A stretch of DNA of 46,044 nucleotides, taken from contig CAIMLT010000029.1 in assembly GCA_903842445.1 (NCBI GenBank), forward strand, positions 1-46,044. Direction: 5' to 3'. Positions 34,045 through 41,866 of this stretch are shown in pieces (positions within the stretch are counted from its first letter, which is position 1; every line of letters begins with the position of its first letter). The notes beneath the pieces were generated by a model. That model saw nothing but the letters and a program-made list of their open reading frames with translations, was not told the DNA's origin and did no database searches. Made by a program: the position numbers and the translations under genes. The stretch is from an uncultured bacterium (GTDB lineage Bacteria > Patescibacteriota > Minisyncoccia > Moranbacterales > UBA2206).

Positions 34045-35409
34045 TTACTGCTCTGAGTGCACTCTCTCGAGTGATTTAAAAGTTGTGGAAGCCTCGTCAA
34101 AATAGAGAGACATTTTTCCGACTGGGCCGTTTCTATGTTTGGCAATATGCACTTCAACAATATTTTTGTTCGGTGTGTCTGGTTTCTCTCGGTCTTCACG
34201 ATAGAGAAACATTACAATGTCGGCATCTTGCTCAATCGAACCAGATTCGCGGAGATCGGAAAGCTTTGGGATTTGTGGGCTACGTGATTCTACGGCACGA
34301 GAAAGCTGGGAAAGAGCAATAACCGGAACATTAAGTTCACGAGCGAGTTGTTTTAGGGAGCGAGAAATTTCTGAAATTTCATTGACGCGGTTGTCTCCGC
34401 CGGACGAACGTCCTTCCATGAGTTGCAGATAGTCGATAATGATGAGGCCGACATTATGTTCCATCTGGAGGCGTCTGGCCATTGTTCTAATTTCCATGAT
34501 ATTAGCCGAACCGGCATCATCGATGAAAATCGGGGCTTCAGAGAGAACGCCCATTGCTTCGCCGATTCGCTGAAAATCATCATCGCCTTCACCGGTCTTG
34601 AGTCGTCCGGTGCGTAAACGCCATAAATCAACGCCGGATTCTGCCGCAAGCATTCTGTCGATCAATTGATCGGATGACATTTCTAGAGAGAAGATGCCAA
34701 TTGGAACTTTTTCTTTGACAGCAATTTTGCGGGCAAAATCCAAAGCGAGAGTGGTCTTTCCGATACTAGGTCGCGCGGCCAAAATGACGAGGTCAGATTT
34801 TTGAAAACCAGCTAGGATGTTATTGAGGTCAGTGTAGCCTGTCGGAATTCCGCGTAACTGATGGTCGCCTTTGTGTAACTCATCGATGCGATTGAAAGCG
34901 GCTTCCAAAATGGAGCGGATCGGCACGAAATCTTGTTTGATATATTTTTGCGAAACAGCGAATAATTTTTGTTCTGCCTCATCGAGCAATTTATCCACAT
35001 CTTCTTCTTCGTGATAACCGAGTTCCACAATTTCGCTAGCGGTTTCAATCAGTTTTCGTAAAGTGGATTTTTTTTGCACCACTTTGGCATAGTGCGAAAC
35101 ATTTGAGCTGGAGGGAACAGTATTGACAAGGGTGGCGAGATAGCTTGATCCGCCGATGGCATCAAGCTGACCTTTTTCTTCTAAGCGGTTAGAAAGGCTA
35201 AGCACATCAATCGGCTCTCTTTTTTCATAGAGATCGAGCATTGTTTCGTAAATTAGATTATGAATGTCTTTATAGAAGTCCCCCAGGCGAATTAGGTTTG
35301 CCACGCGGATAATGGCATCTTTGTCCAGCATCAAAGCACCGAGCACGGATTTTTCCGCGTCGATGTTTTGGGGTGGAAGCTTGAGGTCTTTGTTTTCAGT
35401 GTTGCCCAT
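34045..35409 (-). CDS. dnaB: Replicative DNA helicase DnaB
   Basis: Motifs PPQNIDAEKSVLGA, Walker A ARPSIGKTTLAL, IIDYLQLM and IALSQLSR. 454 aa, no intein. Confidence 0.96.
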   Translation of the reverse strand: MGNTENKDLKLPPQNIDAEKSVLGALMLDKDAIIRVANLIRLGDFYKDIHNLIYETMLDLYEKREPIDVLSLSNRLEEKGQLDAIGGSSYLATLVNTVPSSSNVSHYAKVVQKKSTLRKLIETASEIVELGYHEEEDVDKLLDEAEQKLFAVSQKYIKQDFVPIRSILEAAFNRIDELHKGDHQLRGIPTGYTDLNNILAGFQKSDLVILAARPSIGKTTLALDFARKIAVKEKVPIGIFSLEMSSDQLIDRMLAAESGVDLWRLRTGRLKTGEGDDDFQRIGEAMGVLSEAPIFIDDAGSANIMEIRTMARRLQMEHNVGLIIIDYLQLMEGRSSGGDNRVNEISEISRSLKQLARELNVPVIALSQLSRAVESRSPQIPKLSDLRESGSIEQDADIVMFLYREDREKPDTPNKNIVEVHIAKHRNGPVGKMSLYFDEASTTFKSLERVHSEQ

Positions 35410-35418
35410 AGTTTCCCT

Positions 35419-35447
35419 ATTGTATCAAAAGAAAATCGAACAAGCAA
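35419..35447 (-). promoter_or_regulatory. Candidate promoter for dnaB
   Basis: Minus strand: TTGCTT (35447-35442), 17-nt spacer, TACAAT (35424-35419). The -10 ends 9 nt before the dnaB ATG, implying a very short or absent leader. Confidence 0.4.
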
Positions 35448-35477
35448 CTTGTAAATTTGCTCAGTTTATGCACAAGC

Positions 35478-36521
35478 TTATTTTAGAGTTTCTTTTATTT
35501 CTTTAACGCTTTGTGCGCGGACTAATCTCTGGCGAAGTTCTGCGGCACCGGGAAAACCTTTGATATACCAGACTAAATGCTTTCTGATTTCAAAAAGGCC
35601 GAAATCTTTTTTATCGGCAAAAATCAATTCGGCGTGTTTTATTATAATTTTTTTGATTTTAGAAAAAGGATAGTTTGGATATGTGGGATTTTGCAAAATA
35701 GGTTTACTAGAGGTGCTAGCTGGCAGATCCCTGCCTGCCGGCAGGCAGGCTTCGACCCCATTTCTACACTCAGGATGACAGTATGCTGTCATTTTTTTAA
35801 TTTGATCAAAGAGATACGGCTTGCCCCAAGCGCCGCGAGCGATACCGAGGCCGTCCAAGAGGGGATAATTTTTCAATATTTCTACAGCGTCTTTTGCAGT
35901 ATTTATTCCACCGTTGGCAAGAACAATTTTTTCCGGAATTATTTTTTTAACTTCTTCGCAAATCGAAAAATCAACCGGTCCGGAAAAGCCACCTTCATAT
36001 GTCCGGCCATGAATCATTACGGCGGAAAAGTTTAGGTCTTTCACATTTTCAATAAATTCCAGCGCGTCAATATTTTTGTTTTTTATGCCAGCCCTAATTT
36101 TGATGGAAACCGGCAAATCTGTATTTTCACACACGGCTGAAATTATTTCGCGCGCTAATTCGATTTGAGGCATCAGTGCGCAACCAGAACCGTGTTTGAA
36201 AACTTTTTTAGCCGGACAGCCAAAATTGATGTCGATTCCGTCAGGCCTTATTTCTTTGGTGACAATTCTCGTGGCCACGGCAAAATGTTCTGGATTGTTA
36301 CCAAAAAGTTGCACAACATATGGCCTTTCTTTTTTATTAAATCTAACAAGATCCAGTGTTTTTTGTGGTTTATAGAAAAGTGCACTGACGCTAGCCATTT
36401 CTGAATAGGTAACGTCCGCGCCATATTTACGACAAATCTGCCGAAAAGCACTGTCTGTAATTCCGGCCATCGGTGCCAATGCCAAAATTGGTTTTTCAAT
36501 TTTCTGCCAGAAATTTTTCAT
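35478..36521 (-). CDS. dus: tRNA-dihydrouridine synthase (Dus family) carrying an in-frame palindromic-element insertion
   Basis: Motifs LAPMAGITDSAFR, VQLFG, DINFGCP (catalytic Cys), HGRT and GIARGAWGKPYLF. There are about 25 extra residues (CHPECRNGVEACLPAGRDLPAS...) between the barrel and the helical domain. Confidence 0.9.
   Translation of the reverse strand: MKNFWQKIEKPILALAPMAGITDSAFRQICRKYGADVTYSEMASVSALFYKPQKTLDLVRFNKKERPYVVQLFGNNPEHFAVATRIVTKEIRPDGIDINFGCPAKKVFKHGSGCALMPQIELAREIISAVCENTDLPVSIKIRAGIKNKNIDALEFIENVKDLNFSAVMIHGRTYEGGFSGPVDFSICEEVKKIIPEKIVLANGGINTAKDAVEILKNYPLLDGLGIARGAWGKPYLFDQIKKMTAYCHPECRNGVEACLPAGRDLPASTSSKPILQNPTYPNYPFSKIKKIIIKHAELIFADKKDFGLFEIRKHLVWYIKGFPGAAELRQRLVRAQSVKEIKETLK
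35724..35780 (-). repeat. Palindromic element in-frame inside dus
   Basis: Minus strand reads TGTCATCCTGAGTGTAGAAATGGGGTCGAAGCCTGCCTGCCGGCAGGCAGGGATCTGCC. It contains a perfect 20-bp palindrome CCTGCCTGCCGGCAGGCAGG (35730-35749). It starts with the TGTCATCC terminus seen in the other elements. Confidence 0.7.
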
Positions 36522-36802
36522 TACAGGGTAACTCTTATTCCCTTTGCGGTATTTTCTAGTTTAAAACCTAAACTCTCAATAGCTTTTTTTAGTTTTTCAA
36601 CTTTTTTAACCGCCATAGCTTCGGCGTCCTTGTCCGCCGAAGCTTTAGCGAAGGAGGAGGCGTCTTCATCATCAGAAACTTCGCCTGAATCATCAGAAGA
36701 CGTAGTCGTGGCTGTGTCGTCATTTCCATTAGCTGGTAAAACTATTTCCTCATCTCCACTGCAATGATGTGGGCATTGTGAGCAATCGCAAAAATCATCC
36801 AT
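36521..36802 (-). CDS. Hypothetical small acidic protein with N-terminal Cys/His cluster
   Basis: 93-aa ORF. N-terminal DFCDCSQCPHHC, Asp/Ser/Thr-rich middle, basic C-terminal about 30 aa. Its TAA stop overlaps the dus ATG by 1 nt (TAATG). It starts 9 nt after the cysS stop. Confidence 0.5.
   Translation of the reverse strand: MDDFCDCSQCPHHCSGDEEIVLPANGNDDTATTTSSDDSGEVSDDEDASSFAKASADKDAEAMAVKKVEKLKKAIESLGFKLENTAKGIRVTL
36617..36644. repeat. Perfect 10-bp-stem palindrome inside the small acidic ORF
   Basis: AGCTTCGGCG (36617-36626), TCCTTGTC, CGCCGAAGCT (36635-36644). It encodes ASADKDAEA in the minus-strand frame. Confidence 0.8.
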
Positions 36803-36811
36803 AATATTTTT

Positions 36812-38233
36812 TTATAATTTTTTAATTAAATAGTCATTGCCTTTTAGATCTTCCATGACATAACCTAATCTTTCAATTTCTTTGCGTAAATCGTCAGAGA
36901 GTTGAAAGTCTTTTTCTTCTCTGGCTTGTTTTCTTCTTTTGGCGATGAGGATTAAATTTTCTGGAATTTTTTCTTGATCAGAAATAATAAGCCCAAAAAC
37001 TTTATTAATCCGATTCCAAAAAAACAAAATTTCCTTGGCAGTAGCCGGAGAAAGTTTATTTTCTGAAAGCAACTTATTGGTTTCACTAATTAAATCATAA
37101 ATTGCGCTAAGTGCAAGTGGAGTATTGAAGTCATCATTCATTGAGTCTTCAAAGCGTTTTTGATAGATGTGCGTGAAACTGATTTCAGATTTTTCCCCAG
37201 GAGCATTAGCTGAGATATTTTGCAAAGTATTAATCCATTCTGTGATTTTTTTCAAATTGGTTTTGGCCTGAGAAAGTGAATTTTCAGCATAATCAACGAT
37301 GCTTCTGTAATGCGAGCTGATGATCCAAAGGCGTGCAACCATCGGGTCATATTCAGCAAGGATTTTTTTAATTGTTGTGTGGTTGTTTTTGGATTTGGAC
37401 ATTTTTTCTCCATTGATATTGACCATGTTCCAAAGTGTCCAATAGTTGGCCATTTTCTTGCCGAGACTCGCTTCGCTCTGCGCAATTTCGTTTTCATTGT
37501 GCGGAAAAATATTTTCATTGCCTCCGCCGTGAATATCAAAGGTGTCTTGACCAAGAAGATCGGAAGACATGACGGAACATTCAATGTGCCATCCCGGGTA
37601 GCCCAAACTCCAAGGACTTTTCCACTTCAAGATATGAATATATTCTGCCTTAATCCAAAGCGCAAAATCCATCGGATTTTTCTTTTCCGGATTAATTTCT
37701 ACACGCGCTCCCTCAAGTAGTTCGTCCGTTTTTCGTCCGGAAAGCTTTCCATATTCTGGAAATTTTTCCACGGAAAAATAGACCGAGCCATTGACGGCGT
37801 AGGCATAACCTTTTCGGATCAAATCCTCAATAAATTTAATTATTTGGGCGATATATTGTGTTGGTCTGGGATAGAAATTAGCCGGTTTGACATTCAGGGC
37901 TTCAAAATCTTCCTTGGACGACTCAATATATCTTTCCACAATCTCCAGCGGGTCAATTTTTTCCAACTTGGCCTTTTTTTGAATTTTATCTTCGCCAACC
38001 TCGGCGTTATTGACAAGATGTCCTACATCAGTGTAATTCATAATAAATCTCACTTCATATCCAGAATATTCTAAGTATCTTCTGATTATATCCATAGCAA
38101 CATATCCACGAGCGTGTCCGATATGACAATGATCATAAACTGTTGGGCCGCAAGTATAGAAACCAACTTTGCCAGGGTGAATCGGTTTAAATTCTTCTTT
38201 ACGTTTAGTGAGAGTGTTATAGAGTTTTAACAT
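36812..38233 (-). CDS. cysS: Cysteine--tRNA ligase
   Basis: Motifs MLKLYNTLT, CGPTVYDHCHIGHARGY (HIGH), GWHIECS and KMSKS. Start at 38233 is chosen. The ORF-track extension to 38326 would overlap the corA 3' end by 83 nt. Confidence 0.95.
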   Translation of the reverse strand: MLKLYNTLTKRKEEFKPIHPGKVGFYTCGPTVYDHCHIGHARGYVAMDIIRRYLEYSGYEVRFIMNYTDVGHLVNNAEVGEDKIQKKAKLEKIDPLEIVERYIESSKEDFEALNVKPANFYPRPTQYIAQIIKFIEDLIRKGYAYAVNGSVYFSVEKFPEYGKLSGRKTDELLEGARVEINPEKKNPMDFALWIKAEYIHILKWKSPWSLGYPGWHIECSVMSSDLLGQDTFDIHGGGNENIFPHNENEIAQSEASLGKKMANYWTLWNMVNINGEKMSKSKNNHTTIKKILAEYDPMVARLWIISSHYRSIVDYAENSLSQAKTNLKKITEWINTLQNISANAPGEKSEISFTHIYQKRFEDSMNDDFNTPLALSAIYDLISETNKLLSENKLSPATAKEILFFWNRINKVFGLIISDQEKIPENLILIAKRRKQAREEKDFQLSDDLRKEIERLGYVMEDLKGNDYLIKKL

Positions 38234-38243
38234 ACAGGATAAG

Positions 38244-39152
38244 TTATAACCATTTACGCATTTTAAAAACAGAAATTGTAAAACCGGATAGAGCAAACAT
38301 AATGACCAAGTGAATCCAAAAGCCATACGGACTCTTTCCGAAGGGAATATCGGCGCTCATGGCAAGGATATTGGAATAGACGGTCATTGGAAGCATAACG
38401 GCGGAAAAAATGGTGAGCACTTTCATGGTCATATCAAGTTGATTGGACAAAAGGGAATTGTTAGTTTCTTCAAGCGATTCGATTGTTTCTTTGGCGCTTT
38501 CTAGCATATTCCAAATGCGAATGTTGGTGCCAATCAAATCTTGGAAATAGGGACTTAGCTCTCTCTCGATGTATTTGTGATTTTCTTGGGTGAGTGATTC
38601 AAAAACGCTGCGCTGCGGTTTCATGGTGCGGCGGAAATTGAGAATATCTCTTTTGACAACTGAAATTTCAAAAACCATTTCTTTCTCATGCTGGGCAAAA
38701 ATTTCTCTTTCAATGTTGTCCAGCTTTTTGGAAATATGATCTAGGCGCGGAAAACAGGATTCCAAAAGCATTTCAAGAATATAGCGCAAGAGCGCTCCGG
38801 GACTTTGTTTCATGTAAAGTTCGCGCTTTTTTTTATTTTTCTTGATTTCATTAAAAAAATCAGTTAACTGGTAGATTTCCACGTCATGAGAAGTAATTAG
38901 GGTATTTTCGCAAATTACGATATCTAGTTCTCCGGGGTAGGTAGTTTTGTCTTCGTTGTTGTAGAGTGGAATGTGAATGGCCAGATAAACGCAATTATCG
39001 TATTCGGCTGCTTTTGGTCTGAGGGTTGGAGTGGAAAATTCCTCAATAACTAGAGGATGCAAGTTGAATCTTTTTTGAATTTTCATGACATCATCAGCAT
39101 TTGGCTCTTGAAAATCAATCCAGTTAAATTTTTCTGTTTTTATTTCTTGCAT
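38244..39152 (-). CDS. corA: CorA-family divalent-cation transporter with non-canonical AMS in place of GMN
   Basis: CorA layout: cytoplasmic alpha/beta domain, MKVLTIFSAVMLPMTVYSNILAMSADIP (TM1 plus signature position), second TM, C-terminal KMRKWL. 302 aa. Confidence 0.85.
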   Translation of the reverse strand: MQEIKTEKFNWIDFQEPNADDVMKIQKRFNLHPLVIEEFSTPTLRPKAAEYDNCVYLAIHIPLYNNEDKTTYPGELDIVICENTLITSHDVEIYQLTDFFNEIKKNKKKRELYMKQSPGALLRYILEMLLESCFPRLDHISKKLDNIEREIFAQHEKEMVFEISVVKRDILNFRRTMKPQRSVFESLTQENHKYIERELSPYFQDLIGTNIRIWNMLESAKETIESLEETNNSLLSNQLDMTMKVLTIFSAVMLPMTVYSNILAMSADIPFGKSPYGFWIHLVIMFALSGFTISVFKMRKWL

Positions 39153-39359
39153 ATTGAATTTCTCAATTTATTTTTTTAATATGGATATTATAGCAGTGAA
39201 ATCGTGATTTGACAAAAAATCTCCAGACTGGAATATTTCTCAAAAGTGTAGTAGAATAATAATGCAATTTTGAGTGGATGAATTTAGCAGAAAAATAATT
39301 TTTTCAAATAGAAATGGGTTAATGTTTGTGCCTACTGATGGGTGGGTTTCGTGATTTTT

Positions 39360-41723
39360 ATGTTTCTTAAGAAGCTGGAAATTAATGGTTTTAAATCTTT
39401 TGCAACGAAAACGGTGTTGGATTTTTCGGCATCCGCAAATGATGGAGGGGCCCGGGGGGTTACTGCAATTGTTGGTCCAAATGGTTCTGGCAAATCAAAT
39501 ATTGCGGATGCGATGCGCTGGGTGATTGGTGAGCAATCAATGAAAAATCTACGCAGCAAGAAATCTGAGGATATTATTTTTGCCGGATCTGGAAAAAAAT
39601 CTAAATTAGGGAGCGCCCAGGTTTCACTCTATTTTGATAACAGCGAAAAAAGATTACCCTTAGAGTTCGATGAAGTAGTAATTTCTCGAAAAATTTTTCG
39701 CAGTGGGGAAAGCGAGTATTTGGTTAATGGCTCGCGTGTGCGCTTGCAAGATATCGTGGATATTCTAGCTAAGGCCGGAGTTGGCAAGGAAAGCCATGCA
39801 ATCATTAACCAAGGTATGGCCGATTCAGTTCTTAACGCCACGCCGCTTGAGAGGCGTTTTGTGATTGAAGAAGCGGCTGGAGTGAAACAATATCAAATCA
39901 AAAAAGAACGCTCACTGCGTAAACTGGAAACAACTAAAACAAATTTAGTGCGAGTTGGGGAACTTATTGACGAAATCAGGCCACATCTCAAGGTGCTAAA
40001 AAGGCAAGCGGAAAAAGCCGCTCAAAGCGAAATTGTAGCCAAAGATCTCAAGGAAAAACAAACCAAACTCTATACTTATCTTTGGAATAAATTTAATGCT
40101 GATAAAATAAATTTAAATGAAGAGAAAGACACGCTGGGAGCCAAGATGATGAATATTCAACGGGAAGCGGATAAGCTTTTAGACGAAGTTAATCGACGCT
40201 CTAAGGAAGAAAAAGTTAATGAGACTTTGCAAGAACTGGAAAAAATCCAAAGAGAAAAAAGAGCTAAAATAAATGATCTGGAAAGAGAGCTTATCATTTC
40301 CGAAGGTCGGATTGAGCTCGAAAAAGAAAAGCAAAAAAGTATTCAAATTATTGAAGAAATTAAGATTCAAAGCCAGCCGGTTGATTTGAGTTATGTCAAA
40401 GGTAATTTGGAAGAGATCAGACGTGATCAGGAAATGCTGGTGCAAAAATTAAATGTCGCTAAGGATTTAAAAGACATTGAGGCGGTGCGTGAATTAGCGC
40501 GCAAGATTCAGCAAAAATTAACCGAGCTTAAGGGCGATATCGAAAAAGGAAAAAAAGATAATCCGGTTCCAGAGAAAAAAAATGAAGTAAAGCCGGTTCC
40601 GGTTAGCACTTCAATTGAAGCACAAGCAATAATTGATCTCAAAGCTAAATCATTTCAGGTTCGTGAAGAAATAAAAACACTAGAAGCGGATTTGCAAAAA
40701 ATAGTTAAAGAAATTCAGGCTGAAATTTCGCTAGATCGAAATAGGCGTCAGCAATTTTTTCAAACTGAACGCGAATTGCGCTTGAGGCAAGATGAGGCTA
40801 ACTCTTTTAAGGATAAGTATAATGATTTTAAGATTTCTCTGGCTAAAATCGAGGTGCGCGAAGAAGATTTGCGAGCGCGTATCTTGGAGGAATTAAAAAT
40901 AGATGTTGAACTTCTTGCAAAGAGTTCGGAGGTGGTTGATCAATTTTCACTGGAGCGAGATATTGCCAAATTAAAATTTCAGATGGAACAAATCGGTGGA
41001 ATCGATCCATTAGTTATGACAGAATATGATGAAACAGAAAAACGCTTTCAATTTTTGACGACTGAGTCTGCTGATTTGGAAAATGCTCTTGTTTCGCTTC
41101 GTGAAGTAATCAAAGAGATGGAGAAAAAAGTAAACGAGAAATTTCACGAAACATTTGATGAAATTAATCGGGAATTTTCGAAATATTTTCGAATAATTTT
41201 TGGTGGTGGAGACGCGCATTTGACCAAAGTTAAAATAAAAGCTCGTCGCACGAAAGAGGATGTTTTATCAGGAGAAGAAGATGAAGTAGGCCAATCGATA
41301 GATGGAGAATCTAAGTTAGATCAGTCGGCCAACGGAGAAGATGATAATGATGAAATTGGTATTGATATTTCCGCCTGCCCGGCTGGTAAGCGAATTAGCA
41401 ATCTGTCTATTCTTTCCGGTGGTGAACGCTCACTTACATCCCTGGCTCTTCTTTTTGCGATAATTTCTCATAATCCACCGCCATTTTCAATTCTGGATGA
41501 AGTGGAGGCGGCGCTGGATGAGGCCAACTCAAAACGTTTTGGGCGAATTATTCAAGAGCTTTCCGATAGCACGCAGTTTGTGATCATCACTCACAACAGA
41601 GAAACGATGCGCCAAGCCTCTTTGCTTTACGGAGTAACAATGGGAGAAGATGGAATCTCAAAATTGCTTTCAGTTAAAATTGATCAGGTTGGTAAGGGTG
41701 GGAAGATAATCGAGCAGATTTAG
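39360..41723 (+). CDS. smc: SMC-family chromosome partition ATPase, short form (about 787 aa) without recognisable hinge domain
   Basis: N-head MFLKKLEINGFKSF, Walker A GPNGSGKSNIADA, EEAAGVKQY. C-head IGGIDPLVMTEYDE, signature LSGGERSLTSLALLFAI, Walker B FSILDEVEAALDEAN, ITHN. ATG 39360 is preferred over GTG 39342. Confidence 0.9.
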   Translation: MFLKKLEINGFKSFATKTVLDFSASANDGGARGVTAIVGPNGSGKSNIADAMRWVIGEQSMKNLRSKKSEDIIFAGSGKKSKLGSAQVSLYFDNSEKRLPLEFDEVVISRKIFRSGESEYLVNGSRVRLQDIVDILAKAGVGKESHAIINQGMADSVLNATPLERRFVIEEAAGVKQYQIKKERSLRKLETTKTNLVRVGELIDEIRPHLKVLKRQAEKAAQSEIVAKDLKEKQTKLYTYLWNKFNADKINLNEEKDTLGAKMMNIQREADKLLDEVNRRSKEEKVNETLQELEKIQREKRAKINDLERELIISEGRIELEKEKQKSIQIIEEIKIQSQPVDLSYVKGNLEEIRRDQEMLVQKLNVAKDLKDIEAVRELARKIQQKLTELKGDIEKGKKDNPVPEKKNEVKPVPVSTSIEAQAIIDLKAKSFQVREEIKTLEADLQKIVKEIQAEISLDRNRRQQFFQTERELRLRQDEANSFKDKYNDFKISLAKIEVREEDLRARILEELKIDVELLAKSSEVVDQFSLERDIAKLKFQMEQIGGIDPLVMTEYDETEKRFQFLTTESADLENALVSLREVIKEMEKKVNEKFHETFDEINREFSKYFRIIFGGGDAHLTKVKIKARRTKEDVLSGEEDEVGQSIDGESKLDQSANGEDDNDEIGIDISACPAGKRISNLSILSGGERSLTSLALLFAIISHNPPPFSILDEVEAALDEANSKRFGRIIQELSDSTQFVIITHNRETMRQASLLYGVTMGEDGISKLLSVKIDQVGKGGKIIEQI

Positions 41724-41860
41724 GACTTACGCATTTGCCTAAAAAAGTTCCTAAAAGCAAAGTTTTCTAGTTTTGGTCAACCCTCTCTTTATTTATCAAA
41801 GGCCTTCCATGCTAATAAAAAAAACGTGCGGAACTATTTTTCGACAAACGCGTAAGTCCT
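41722..41860. repeat. Long-range inverted repeat bracketing the smc-glycosyltransferase spacer
   Basis: AGGACTTACGCATTTG (41722-41737) versus CAAACGCGTAAGTCCT (41845-41860): 15 of 16 complementary, with an 11-bp perfect core. The left arm overlaps the smc stop and the right arm ends 6 nt before the ATG at 41867. Confidence 0.75.
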
Positions 41861-41866
41861 GAGATT

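Noticed and set aside
35466-35474. DnaA-box-like TTATGCACA upstream of dnaB, considered as a sign of oriC
   Set aside because: It is a single 8/9 match with no cluster of boxes, no AT-rich unwinding repeats beyond background, and no dnaA/dnaN nearby.
38234-38326. 31-codon N-terminal extension of cysS in the ORF track
   Set aside because: It would overlap the corA 3' end by 83 nt and is hydrophobic non-homologous sequence. The canonical CysRS N-terminus MLKLYNTLT starts at 38233.
39209-39237. Promoter for smc (TTGACA-17-AATATT)
   Set aside because: The -10 is weak and the site is 120 nt from the start in AT-rich DNA, so it is not strong enough to list as a feature.
39153-39341. Mg2+ (M-box) riboswitch upstream of corA, or a T-box upstream of cysS
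   Set aside because: The corA leader region is AT-rich with no conserved M-box-like GC-rich helices. cysS starts 10 nt after the corA stop, so there is no room for a T-box.
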